A DNA stretch of 64,000 bases from Ylistrum balloti. Its lineage: Eukaryota. The position numbers and the translations under genes were made by a program. Positions 38,445-50,596 of this stretch are shown piece after piece. The DNA lies in assembly GCF_031769215.1 (NCBI RefSeq), contig NW_026782147.1, positions 620,001 to 684,000 on the forward strand. Direction: 5' to 3'. Position 1 is the first letter of the stretch. Each line of letters starts with the position of its first letter. The notes below the pieces were generated by a model, which saw only the letters and a program-made list of their open reading frames with translations, had not been told where the DNA came from and made no database searches.

Positions 38445-38805
38445 AAATACAATGCTACCTATATATGATTTAAAAGCAAAAATTACTCATCTTACAAGGT
38501 CTGATTTATTAATATGAATAATAAGCATTCATGGCTATATAATAGACAGATTTCTGTATAACAAAAACATCACTAACAACCAGATAATTTGTCCAAACCA
38601 GTAATTACTGTTACATCTTACTTTCATATTTAAAACAATTCCTCTCATTTATTTGATAATTGGTTGTCATGGCAACTATCCCTTGATTTAATCACAATTA
38701 CCATGACCTCACTCACACATATATAACCGTCAACAACATTCTTCCTCTAATTAATTCTTGGGTTGTGATCATAGCTAACACAATCAGCATTAACCTATAT
38801 TGATG

Positions 38806-39278
38806 CTAACTATGATGATCAATTCGTCGTCGTCGTGATTCCGACTCCAACAGTTCATCTTGTAGAAGTTTCAATGTGTCCAGTAAAGAGTTCTTCTCCT
38901 TGGTTAGAGTATGGATCTCATCCTCCTGACAAACCATCTTATGCTGGAGTTTCAGGTTCTCTGTTATCACTGTGTTGGCGTGAATCTCGCTGTCGTTTGT
39001 TCCGTTGTTTGGTAACATGGTCTTGTTAAGTTTACTTTGTAAGTTTTCTTTTTCTTTTTGTATACATTCCATATCGTGTTGGATTTTTCTATTTAATTGT
39101 TTTTGACTTTGTAAAAGACTTGACATTTCCTCTAATGATTTCTTAAGTTGTTGATTCTCCAGGAGAAGGGCCTCATGTGAAAGCGGTTCTTGTTTCTCCT
39201 CTTCCGACATTTCTTCTTTCTTCTCCTCCACCTTCTCTTGTCCTGGTAATTTGGAGCTATCTGACAAGACTGACTCAG
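38806..39278 (-). CDS. BLTP3B: BLTP3 last coding exon (coiled coil)
   Basis: gtttcag|CT GAG...; heptad-rich E/K/L/Q tail; TAG at 38808-38806. Confidence 0.85.
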
Positions 39279-40249
39279 CTGAAACAGGAATTATTTATTT
39301 AACACCGAATCATTTGCTCTCATAAACTGCATCAATGACATTTACAAATCCAAGCATTTATTATCAAACAAAACCTTTTATACAAACATTAAAATTCTAT
39401 TACTTCTATTTAAAAACATTTAAGGTACAGAATATAATCAGTACAAAGTAGTATTGCATTTATTTATGGATGTCAAGATCTTGTGAAACAAATGAGAATA
39501 TTTACAGTTGAATTAGTCTGCAGATGGAGCTTACCTAGAACATTATAAGTATTTATTAATTTAATGAAAATCCAGATATAATATGTTACATCATATCTAT
39601 GTTCTTGCAAATACCAAATGATAACATTAAATTCACTAATTTCCTCTTGAAACTAGTTTGTTGTCACGGTGTTGTCAATGACCCTCAAGTGGCACCACCT
39701 ACTGCTACCAGTTTATGTCAAATGAACTGTTCTATCAATGTGTACGAGGTTCCCCCCTTTTTTTATATGTTTTATGAAAATCTGTGATCATTGAATGTAC
39801 TGAAACAACCTTTTTATTTCTAATTTTTTTTTCAAAGTTTCCCTAACAAACTATACTGGGTATTCATTTGTACATATTTGATAGGAGAACTTTGATTTTT
39901 TAAGTTAAAACATATGTCTTTCCTCTGATAGCCAAGAACATATTTGTTATTAGCAACAAATATCTACAAAGGATAAGGTTTAAGACTTGACCTTTGACCC
40001 ATAACCTCACCTATGGTTGTGAGACTCATGTAAATTTCAATCATCCTATCATGTAAAATCATTTACCAATTAAGAAATAGAAGGAAAATTGATGTCAGCC
40101 TTGACCTTTGACCATGCACTTTCATTTTTATCAAATTTTGCTTCATAATGTCATAAAAAATCTTTACCTTAAAAAAGATTAAACTTTGACCTTGACTTTT
40201 GACCCATCAATGTTTAGATCACACAGAGAGAAAAAGCAAAAAAATTTAC

Positions 40250-40352
40250 CTGTTAAATGGAAAATGCCATCGTAGCCACGAGATATGGCCAGTTTATGGA
40301 CCATACATTCTACAGGGGGAGCTGGTGGTACGTTGGGCTTAGGAGCATCGTC
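40250..40352 (-). CDS. BLTP3B: BLTP3 exon
   Basis: ttttctag|GAC GAT...ACA G|gtaaat; DDAPKPNVPPAPPVECMVHKLAISRGYDGIFHLT (cf. DDSP...PAPVTVHIDHLVVERSDDGSFHI). Confidence 0.87.
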
Positions 40353-41159
40353 CTAGAAAAAATAAATAAATAAAACAACACTTAAGCAATGATGCACAAA
40401 GTTCTAACTTCATTTCCAGGACTAAACAGAAAGAACCTCTGGAGGTTACAATTAAAAACATCAACAAATAACTTCCCAGAAAAGCAAAGACAAATGCCTA
40501 TTAACCATGCTGCTTTACAGGTTTAAAAATGAAACTTGTATCCCTACTAAAAGAATTTAATACCCTTTATACAAAACATGACAGCAATCCCTTCGGTCAT
40601 TTTCAAGAAATAATAATAACAATCGGTATGGGTTAAAACACCTGTCAGTCATCAAGATTTTCAGTACAGTATAAAAATTTGTGGACATGAGTCAGAAATT
40701 TTATTAAGATCCCAAAAGTACTTTCTCTGAAAAAGCAACAGCAATCCTAGAAGGCTGACACATGACATTTTGTTTTGAAATATAAAGATATTCTCAAAAA
40801 AAAAAACAAAAAAAAAAAACCCCAATCACAAATAGAAAGAAAGGGAATCTAAATACAAAATTTTTAACTGACCAAGGATTAAAGGTGAGTTGAACAATTC
40901 ATCATCACATCCAGAAGATTGTACTCTCCACTACAAAATGTCTGTAAAAATGTCCCCATTCCCAAGCATAATGTGACCTTTGACCCTTGAACTTTGATCC
41001 CTTGATACAATAACATGTAAAACTTAATTTTCACAATGCTATGGGGTAAATATGTAACTTAATCTGTGGAATGGTTTTCAAGAGATGACAAATATGCCCC
41101 TCCCCTCCCTGTAACATTGCAGGAGCATGTGGAGCATAAAAACAGTTTCAGGTCCTGAC

Positions 41160-41428
41160 CTTCAATGACAAATGGAAGTCACTGACTGTCACATGCATTG
41201 GCAGGGCCTGCCCAGTGGACTCATCCTCAACAAACTTAGCAATATTGGCTAGACTCGAGGTGTTGAAGGCAAGTCCACACTTCTCCGCCATGACACTCAA
41301 GTAACCCGGTGAATCTGTCTTTGATGAAATTGGCAACTCGGCATCAGCTCCAGGTCCAGACACAATCTTCAGTTTGATAGCAAAGGATTTCAGATCTTCT
41401 GGAGCAGTATCATTGTGGCCAAAGATAC
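41160..41428 (-). CDS. BLTP3B: BLTP3 exon
   Basis: catttacag|GT ATC...AAG|gtcagg; ...AKFVEDESTGQALPMHVTVSDFHLSLK. Confidence 0.87.
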
Positions 41429-42111
41429 CTGTAAATGACAAGAAAACATTATAAACTGACATTTTTTTAATGACCATGATAAACAAAAATAGTCATCTAA
41501 AAGAAACAAGAGGCCCTGACTAAAAAGACTTTCAGCAGGAAGAAGGGTTATTTTTTCTACTTTGAATGAAATCTTACTAAGAAGCTGTTTTCCATGATGC
41601 AGATGGTAGTTTTGGTGAGGAGAAGGTAACTGTAACAATTGTTACCTATTTTTTGGCAGTAAAGTTTGAACTCAATCGAACTGGTGAAACTTGAGAAGTT
41701 TGAAATAGGTGCTGTACAGGAAAACCATGATTGTGCAATCACATTACAAAAAGGCCTCCCTGGCTGTCATATCAAAGTTTTGACAAGATCTAAATATAAC
41801 AACACTTTATTGCTACCTTTCCATAACATTTGCACCAATTCTTAGCTCATTGGCAGCAGTATAACTGGAGAAGAACCTTAAAATATGTTTTTCAAGATGG
41901 CGGCCATGATGGCCATCTTGTATTTCAGACATACCAGAAAAATAACAACACTTGGTCAGGACCTTCTCAGGATTATTTCATGCAAGTTTGAGCTCAATCC
42001 CGCTGTTGGAACTTGAGAAGAAGTTTGAAATGTCAAAGTGAGGGGTGAATGGTGGATGGTGGACAGTGCACGGCTGACAATGATGATGGACCAAGCACGA
42101 TGGAGGTGAGA

Positions 42112-42535
42112 GTGTTAGGGAGATAAACAGTTGTACTGGCATGGTGTTAGGGAGAGAAACAGTTGTACTGACCTGGTGTTTGGGAGATAAACAGTTGTAC
42201 TGACCTGGTGTTAGGGAGAGAAACAGTTGTACTGGCCTGGTGTTAGGGAGAGAAACAGTTGTACTGACCTGGTGTTAGGGAGAGAAACAGTTGTACTGGC
42301 CTGGTGTTAGGGAGATAAACAGTTGTACTGGCCTGGTGTAAGGGAGATAAACAGTTGTACTGACCTGGTGTTAGGGAGATAAACAGTTGTACTGACCTGG
42401 TGTTAGGGAGATAAACAGTTGTACTGGCCTGGTGTAAGGGAGATAAACAGTTGTACTGACCTGGTGTTAGGGAGATAAACAGTTGTACTGACCTGGTGTT
42501 AGGGAGATAAACAGTTGTACTGACCTGATGTTCAG
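42112..42535 (+). repeat. 32-bp minisatellite, ~13 copies, at a BLTP3 splice donor
   Basis: cagttgtactgacctggtgttagggagataaa; period 42128 to 42160. Confidence 0.96.
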
Positions 42536-42564
42536 GTGAGACGGAGATTAATAATTGTACTGAC

Positions 42565-42721
42565 CTTGTGGTGAGGTAAATTTGTTGTAGAAGTCCTCGT
42601 AATACATGTTACCAGGTTGGTTGGTGCTGAGGTGACGTGCCTGGATACGAATGGCCGTATCGCTGCCATCATTTTGCATCAGTATCTCAGAACCATGGAT
42701 ACGAAATGCGATCACTGAAAC
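42565..42721 (-). CDS. BLTP3B: BLTP3 exon
   Basis: atttttcag|GTT TCA...CAA G|gtcagt; VSVIAFRIHGSEILMQNDGSDTAIRIQARHLSTNQPGNM. Confidence 0.85.
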
Positions 42722-42857
42722 CTGAAAAATTGCTTTCAGTTAATTTTCAGTTCATCAATATGATAAATAAACATGATTTCTGATGGAATGTAATGATATT
42801 TTGTAGCTGTACGTTTATTTTTGGGACTTCCTGGCTATCAACTTCAAGAGAATTAAT

Positions 42858-42858
<1 letters not shown>

Positions 42859-42927
<69 letters not shown>

Positions 42928-42939
42928 CATGATCATGAT
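42859..42939 (+). repeat. (GAT)23 microsatellite, intronic
   Basis: Starts 17 nt inside the intron after the donor at 42955. Confidence 0.97.
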
Positions 42940-42955
42940 TCATTCCTTCACTTAC

Positions 42956-43542
42956 CAATTCTCTGCCTTTGGTTGCGGCTGAACTCTCAGCATAAAGACT
43001 GGACACATCGTCCAGTAGATCTGTATCAGTGGATGAGCCTGTCTCTGATACTCCTATATTGGGGTGATGAAACGCAGGCATCTCAGCTTCCTCTAAATTT
43101 AACATTTCAAAGTCCAAGTCATCATCAGACAAGTCAGTTTTAATACTCATGGAATCAATATCCTCCATTTCTTCGTTGGAGTCCATTTTTGCCTTAATTT
43201 TGTCAGTGAGACCTGTAATACCAGACAGTGCAGACGAAAATGACTTCTTTACTTGATCGGCTGCCTTGTTTGCGGATTTCTTCATTTGCTGCGAGCCTGA
43301 CCCACGAGATCCAAGACTGGAGTCATAGCCAGATGAAGAATCGTGGTGTGGGTTGGCGAGCCCTTGACTGGAGTGAGATATGGGCGCGGATACAAACATT
43401 CCAGGGTTTGAGAGATCTTCCTCTCCTGACCCTCCCGCGTGGCACTGGATCCTGGAATCACTGAGGGACTTCGAGATGGCTGTGTGGGAGGAACACTGTG
43501 ACCCGGAATCCACATTATTATCGTTGATTCTGCTATCCTCAT
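42956..43542 (-). CDS. BLTP3B: BLTP3 Ser/acidic-rich exon
   Basis: atttaag|AT GAG...GAA TTG|gtaagt; frame continuous with neighbours (phase 1 in, phase 0 out). Confidence 0.85.
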
Positions 43543-43804
43543 CTTAAATATCAATAATAAATAATGATCATACACAACATTTATATAACACATGATATAT
43601 CAATGAAATTACCCTTTTGCACTTTACATTATGTTACACTCAATTAGATGCTAAACAATGTATATTGAACCATAAGTAACATAGGTCATTATTAATTTCA
43701 ACGCCTAAGCTAGGATTTAAACCCGTGATCTCTTGTTTACTCAGCTTACTTTCAACAGACCATGTAGAAGGAAACCTACTATTACAAAAGATATTTTGTA
43801 ACTA

Positions 43805-44270
43805 ATATTTCATCAGGTTAACTCAAATACAATTTTACCAGGGTAACACATGCATCATTTTACTAGGGTGACACATATATAACTTAATCTGGACAACCCA
43901 TATATAATTCTACCAGAGTGACACAAATATAATTTTACCAGGGTAACACGTATAAAATTTTGCCAGGACAATACATAATCTAACCAGGGTGACACATAAT
44001 TCTATCAGAGTGGCAAATAAATTACTTTATCTGGACAACACATATATGATTTAACCAGGGTAACACATAGATAATTTTACCAGGGTGACAAATACATAAT
44101 TTTACCAAGGTGACACATATATAATTTTACCAAGGTGACAAATACATAATCTTACCAAGGTGACACATATATAATTTTACCAAGGTAACAAATACATAAT
44201 TTTACCAAGGTGACACATATATAATTTAACTAGGGTAACACATGTATGATTTTACTAGTTGACCAAAATT
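43805..44270 (+). repeat. 25-bp minisatellite
   Basis: tttaccaaggtgacacatatataat; period 44101, 44126, 44151. Confidence 0.92.
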
Positions 44271-44999
44271 TAAAAAGTTACATGCTGATGATAAAAACTA
44301 AAGACCAATTCCATATATACTCTGCAGACCTAAATCCATAAATATAACAGCACGATCATTCTGGTTGATCCATTTCCTAGAAGATTCATAGATTGTCCCC
44401 GTAAATTTTGTTTATGCTACAGATGTATGCATGAATTTTCAATGTCTTACAGATTTTAATACAATACCTATAATATATTTATACTATCATAGATATCTCC
44501 CCCATACTTAATATTCATCAGCAACACTAATAGAACCCTTTCTTGTATGTCTTACAGCTTGACTTATCTCTGTCAAAGGCTGATGTTCTATAACAAAATC
44601 GAGGCCGAGTGAACAGTGAGATATTATGTTAACGTCGTCTTAAAATTGAGACAAATAGGACTCAAACATATACAAATAACAAATTCTATTCCTCATACAA
44701 AATTTTGTCTAAATTGCATCAAAAACCCTCTCATTTAGTTTGTTTTCTAATTTGTCAATTTGATTAGATTACCTCCCTTTACAATTCTTCGGAAGAGATT
44801 CAATTGAATTTGGCATCATTTCGATAATGACATCACTTAAAACCAAAAGGAAAAAGAAAAAAAAAATTATTGGGTAAGGGTACCAGACAGATCAGATTAA
44901 TAAGAAAAATCAAGCACTGAGTGACATGTGAGATTTCCCTGTCTCGTGTACAAGAAAGATTAATTGCCCTCTAATTACAGCTCAAACACTTTTACATAC

Positions 45000-46158
45000 C
45001 TTCTGTTACATGGCCAATGTCAATGTCAATTTGTGGAGAAATTTCTTCTTTTAAACCTTCCTCCTCGATCAGATCTCCATCCCGTAGACTAGCCCCTGAA
45101 GGACTAGTTGGTATGTTGTGTGTAAAGGGAAGCAACTCAGCCACATAGGGGCACACCATAACAAACTCAATGTCTGGAACTACAAGTGGCACAGAAAACG
45201 TGGTGGGTACAGTAGATGTCCCCAGAAAATATTCTATATCTGCTGTCAGTTGAGTTTGGAAGTCTGTAAAAGATTCTAAAAGTCTCATAAGAAAAAGAAA
45301 CTGGGAATGACTCATTTGGGCCTTCACTGGACCACCAACCTTTGCCACAAGGTTGTAAGTGGCCAGCTGTAAACTCTGGCCTTTATCTTCACTTTTTGAA
45401 GATTTCATTGTTTTATCACATGAGGAAGGTAATTCCTCGGGACTGGTGTCATAGGACTCACTGTCTGTTGAATAATATTCTTTGAGTAGCCTTCGTGAGG
45501 GTCTATCTCTGTGTGGTGATGCGGGGCTACCTTGGTCCGTGTCAAAGGTCAGGGAATTGGAGTCGGCATTGCTACTCCCTCTTCTGCTATTTCCACTGAT
45601 TCCCAAAACATCAAGTTGATTATTTTGCTTAAGTTTTGTTTCTGCTTCATCCATCACTAACGGCATACAGAACCAGAGAGTCACTGGTACAGATTCAACG
45701 AAAGGTATCGGACGAGACTTAGAGACTGGCACTCCCACGAACTCCAGCCAAGCCTGATCTGCACACACACTCCACACATCAAAGCTAGCATTACGCTTCA
45801 GTGTGTTGGTTTTCAGGAGTTTGGCAATAACCTCTGGCCCTACCTGTGATTCCATGCCCTGTGGTAATTGACCAGCTACTAACTCTTTGGCATAGCGTTG
45901 CATATAAGCATTGTCTCGTCCACTAGCAAAGGTACTGAAGTGAGGGGGAAGGCTTGTAAGAGGGTTATTGTTGTTTGGGTATTGTGAGGAAGTAAACAGA
46001 TGCCCTTCTGTATAGTGGCGTAACACCTCTGCCAAGTCTGCCCGCCCTGTCTGTTCCTCCACGTGGGTATTAGTGACACAGAGTTTGGACACTTGCAGTT
46101 GGACTCCCTCTGGCCGATCAGGCTGGTTTTCCACCTTCCTTTCTGCTGACACAATCAC
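45000..46158 (-). CDS. BLTP3B: BLTP3 large exon
   Basis: gtcgtag|GTG ATT...GAA G|gtatgt; NTLKRNASFDVWSV...RPIPFVESVPVTLW, QMSHSQFLFLMRL. Confidence 0.9.
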
Positions 46159-46702
46159 CTACGACACAAAAATTTCACAGAATTATTTGTCTTACCTAAA
46201 TGACTCTAAAGCTTAACAAGTGGCCCCATTGGTCTGTATCGCTCACCTGGTATTCAATATTCACCAAATATAGATCAGTGTTAATATCATAAATATACTG
46301 AAATGTACACCATTGGCATTTAAAGTGGGCACATCCAATCAATTTTAACCAATTTCCATAACAAACAGCTTCAATTACTCAGCTCTAAACAGTGGCAATT
46401 ATCACCTAGATTATAGGTAAAGTCATTCTTTTGTTCTAGAAATTTGTTGGGCTTTGACCTAGAAACACATTTCAACCAAATATTCTGCTTCTCTGATTTT
46501 TAGTTTACCAAAAGAAGTCTTTTACAGGTTTCAACAAATTTGATCCTTTAGACCCTGAATAAAGGTTGAGATAATTTCTTTTCGTAAAAACATAATTTGA
46601 TTAGAAAGCCATCAGGTAGAAGTCTACAGGCACAGCAAGGAAAGAAAGCTATAGACAGAGGTTGTGGCCTATGTAAGCATTTTGCAGTACAAATGTACTT
46701 AC

Positions 46703-46771
46703 CCTTGGCATAAGAGCTTCAATCTTGATGTCAATGTGTTGTTTTGGTGTGTCATCTAACATCTCAGGTGT
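46703..46771 (-). CDS. BLTP3B: BLTP3 exon
   Basis: gattttcag|ACA...AGG|gtaagt; TPEMLDDTPKQHIDIKIEALMPR (cf. HVDVRVDGLMLK). Confidence 0.85.
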
Positions 46772-47228
46772 CTGAAAATCACAACAACAATAACAAATAG
46801 ATCATCAACACATTACTATAAATAATAAACAGATTAATGTAAACAACAGGTCCATAGGGCCTTTATCATTCACCTGGTTTAGTTTGCTGAATGATTGATT
46901 TAAACTAAATATTAGGTCAAGTTCTTCTGCCCAAGGGGGTTAGATGCATAATTTATACAAAACTAAGTTCACTTCAACCAAGGATGCTTCAGATCAAATC
47001 TTGACAAAATTAAATCCTTCCATCAAAAGAACGATTTTTAAGAATTTGCTCTATTTCCACTATTGTTCATATAAAATTGATCCCCTTCACCCAAGGATGC
47101 CTCAGAACCAATTTGGACAGAATACAGGCATTCCTACATAAATAAAAATATTTTAAAGAATTTGCCCCATTTCACCTATTTGACCAGGTTCGTCCTATCT
47201 CTAAATCAAATTTTCGTAAAATAATAAA

Positions 47229-47590
47229 GAGGATTAAGATAAATCATCAATAGGATTAACAAAAATCATAAACAGGATTAACATAAATCATAAAAGGATT
47301 AACATGAATGATAAATAGGATTAACAGAAATCATCAGCAAATTAACATAAGTCATCAACAGGATTAACATAATCATAAACAGGATTAACATAAATCATAA
47401 AAGGATTAACATGAATGATAAATAGGATTAACAGAAATCATCAACAGGATTAACATAAATCATAAACAGGATTAACATAAATCATAAAAGGATTAACATG
47501 AATGATAAATAGGATTAACAGAAATCATCAGCAAATTAACATAAGTCATCAACAGGATTAACATAATCATAAACAGGATTAACATAAGAC
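47229..47590 (+). repeat. 21/22-bp minisatellite abutting the donor at 47600
   Basis: aggattaacataaatcataaa(c). Confidence 0.92.
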
Positions 47591-47600
47591 ATGAACTTAC

Positions 47601-47707
47601 CACTGACTGAGAAAGGTTCAGCATGAAGAAATTCACCCACAAAAGTGTCAGGTAGTCAAGATTGAGACGTATTGGGTTTACAAGCATGTACAGATTAGCA
47701 TGGGGCA
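47601..47707 (-). CDS. BLTP3B: BLTP3 / UHRF1BP1(-like) exon, most 5' exon found
   Basis: tgtttcag|TG CCC CAT...GTG|gtaagt; (V)PHANLYMLVNPIRLNLDYLTLLWVNFFMLNLSQSV resembles recalled human IPSPNLYSQLNALQFTVDERSILWLNQFLLDLKQSL. An invertebrate gene would be co-orthologous to BLTP3A and BLTP3B. Confidence 0.85.
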
Positions 47708-48404
47708 CTGAAACAAAGACAACATTGGTTTTACATACAACAGAGTTAAAGGAGTTTCAAATGAAGTCAAAATCTGAAAATATGCTTCAAAGCTTTCAGG
47801 ACTAAGAAAATATGAAGCACAATATCTTTAATGACATCTACCTCAGGCTCTATTTTGTTATGTGCATACATGTTATTCATCATCTAAAAGATTTTACGTC
47901 CACCACTATGGCCATTCAAGGGTAAGGCAATACAGCTCTGACCGACAGGGGAACTAACTCTTGCAGTATTGGTTAGTGCAGGGTACTAATACAGAACATG
48001 TTTTTATATTTACTACTATCACAATAACGGAAAATAACAGTATAAAAATTCATAAAATAATGGTAATCCTGTCTCATATTTTATTACTGGCTTTATATAC
48101 AATGATAGTGGAAATTAACGCGTTTTTATATTGTTAGTTTGCGGCTAAATCGTGCATCACACATTAGTTAGATCTGATGGAACAATTGATTACTTAGTGT
48201 TTATAAGCAGGACAGATCATTCCGTGACTAATTACGTGGTCATCCTTAGGAAATTATTTTTGATAGTTGTATGTTCGAGACAGACTTATCTGAAAAAATG
48301 AATTCTGGGCTGTTCTCAAAATACACCTGACCATATATTTACTGCGAAATATATTAGGGTGACAACATAATGAAACATCTGTATACTCAAGGTGTCAAAT
48401 TAGA

Positions 48405-48900
48405 AGAGATATCTGGAAATTCAAGGTGTCGGATATAACAGTATATCTGAATATTTTAAGTGTCAAACAAGAATGGATATCTGAATATTTCTGGTGTCAA
48501 ATAAGAATGGATATCTGAATATTTCTGGTGTCAAACGAGAAAGGATATCTGGTTATTCCAGGTGTCTGATTAAAATGGATATCTGGGTGTAAATCAGTAA
48601 AGGTATCAGGAAAACTCTGGATTCTCAAGTTGTCATATCAGAAGGGATATCTAGATATTTTTGATGTCAGATTAGAAGTTATATCTAGAAATTCCAGGCA
48701 TCCGATAAGAAGGTTGATCTGGATATTTCAGGCGTAAAATCAAAATGGATATCTAGATATTGCAAGTGTCAGATTAGAAGGGATATCTGAATACCTTAGG
48801 TTTCAGATTAGGAGGAATATTCAAGATATCAAATTAGAAGAAATATCTGGATATCTCGATGCTTGAAATATCATGTAAGAAAGGATATCTAGATAGTGTT
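48405..48900 (+). repeat. degenerate 34-bp minisatellite
   Basis: ggatatctgaatatttctggtgtcaaataagaat; period 48475 to 48509. Confidence 0.85.
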
Positions 48901-49936
48901 AAAGTTATTTTCAAGGGATTCCAATTTTCACAATTTTCACAATTTTCAGGATTCCAATTTTCACAATTTTCAGGAAAATATTGATACACTGGAAATGAAT
49001 TATGTTCCAGTTAAAATAATATCTGTGAAATAGACATCCTTTTCCCATTGAAATATTGATAAAACTGCACCCTTTCACAGAAACCATGATTCCATTGTGC
49101 AAATTTGATATTAGACCTTCATCATGATAATTAAAGAATGGATTTCTCATGTTAATAACAGAGCATTTAATAGATTGTACCATAAACAAATATAATCAAG
49201 GGTTGAATTATGTTGAAATTGATGAATGATGACAATTAGTCTAAAACACTGCATTTCCTATATTGACAAAAAAATCCCAAATTTGATATCACAGAGAACT
49301 TGGTTAATTCATAACAGAACTGTAATAGAAAGTCAACACTTAATTATGAGAAACTGTTTGTCACGCCTTCCCACAGATAGGTTGTCCTGTAACGTAACGA
49401 AAGTCGAAGTCTGACTTGATGCGTGTTGAAGGCATTTAAAATTTCTTTCCCTTACATGAAGCTCAAGAGTATTAGATAATACCGGAGAGTGGGAAAATTA
49501 ACATGGATGTCACAGCCAATCTTCCCAAACTGTCAGCTACAGGAAAGATGCATTAGATGTCTACAGAACTACATATTTTTCAAATCACGCAACACTTCTA
49601 ATACTCAGCTTAGCTTGTCAATACAAGCTCTTTATTTCAGAATAAGACAGCTCATTTGTATACTTCATTATTTTTGAGAATTAACTTTTACGGATTTCAT
49701 ATTAATGATCTACAAATCAGCAGAAATATCCTCCCCAGGGAGATATGTGGCTAGATGCACTTCTAAATTGATAAGTTTTGTCATCTGTTAGCATGGAAAC
49801 TATGGAAGATCAGGGAATTCAGCACAAAATTGAATATCAGAATAGATTATAGGACCTTGAAAGAGTTAATTATACAGAATCACACAAAGTCAAGGAAAGC
49901 CCGAGAGACAATGTTTTAACTTTCAGTATAAGAATT

Positions 49937-50229
49937 AAATGATAATTTAATATTGTTATTAAATTATAGTTTATATACAATAAGTTCTCCTTGCTAGCTG
50001 ACATAGCAATTTTCAATTAAGATTTTCATTATGTATTAGTGTTAGTGATTTTCCTTGCCCTGCAGGCATTATAATTTTGTTTATTTATGTATGCTGATGA
50101 GTTCTGGTTGATGCTAATTAATTGACCAATCAGCGTTCTCGGGGAGGATGCCCTGTTAGGGATCTGAAGGCCCCGCAGCATATAGTTTGAGTTTTTGGTG
50201 GAGGCATTTGTTTGTGAAATTTGTGCATT
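49937..50229 (+). repeat. Ngaro repeat A1 (293 bp)
   Basis: Identical by eye to 55222-55514. Confidence 0.95.
50124..50133 (+). promoter_or_regulatory. CCAAT box in repeat A (candidate element promoter)
   Basis: gaCCAATcag matches the NF-Y consensus; weak TATA-like catatag at 50179; position near the 3' end of A1 fits the split-direct-repeat replication model. Confidence 0.4.
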
Positions 50230-50596
50230 ATCTTTCGTTTATTAACACTTTGCATACGTTCCTACCTTCCCCTTATGGATATACCTTTATAAAGTGGCTT
50301 AAGGATGTGATTAGTCAACCTAATAGTGACGGAGTTTACTTTGTAACTTTTCTTTTGACATTTAATCCTTCGAGGAGTGCTGAGAGACTGGGTTCTCGCA
50401 TTCGCCATTTTGGATACGTGTGTGTTTTCACGTAGGACTAGTTAAAAAGGACCTCTTCCACAAGTTCTTGTGGTGTGACGTATTTCCGCATTCACGCTCG
50501 ACAACGAGATTTGGTGTTCTTGACGTTATAAACCTTAGCTTACGGCTATTGATTGTGTTTACGTTTTTATTTTGTGTGTGTCAACTCCGACTAGTT

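Noticed and set aside
38013-38468. 151-aa ORF of WSIHGYNKLS repeats
   Set aside because: Product of a 30-bp array, antisense to the BLTP3 3' region; TTG start, no family resemblance.
42793-43143. ORFs with poly-Asp (+) or a poly-His tail (-)
   Set aside because: The (GAT)23 tract lies after the donor TTG|gtaagt at 42955 and is intronic; the His/Asp runs are translation artefacts.
50420-50596. 59-codon N-terminal extension of gag from GTG
   Set aside because: Non-ATG start in T-rich leader; MGPKRK at 50597 is the more plausible start.
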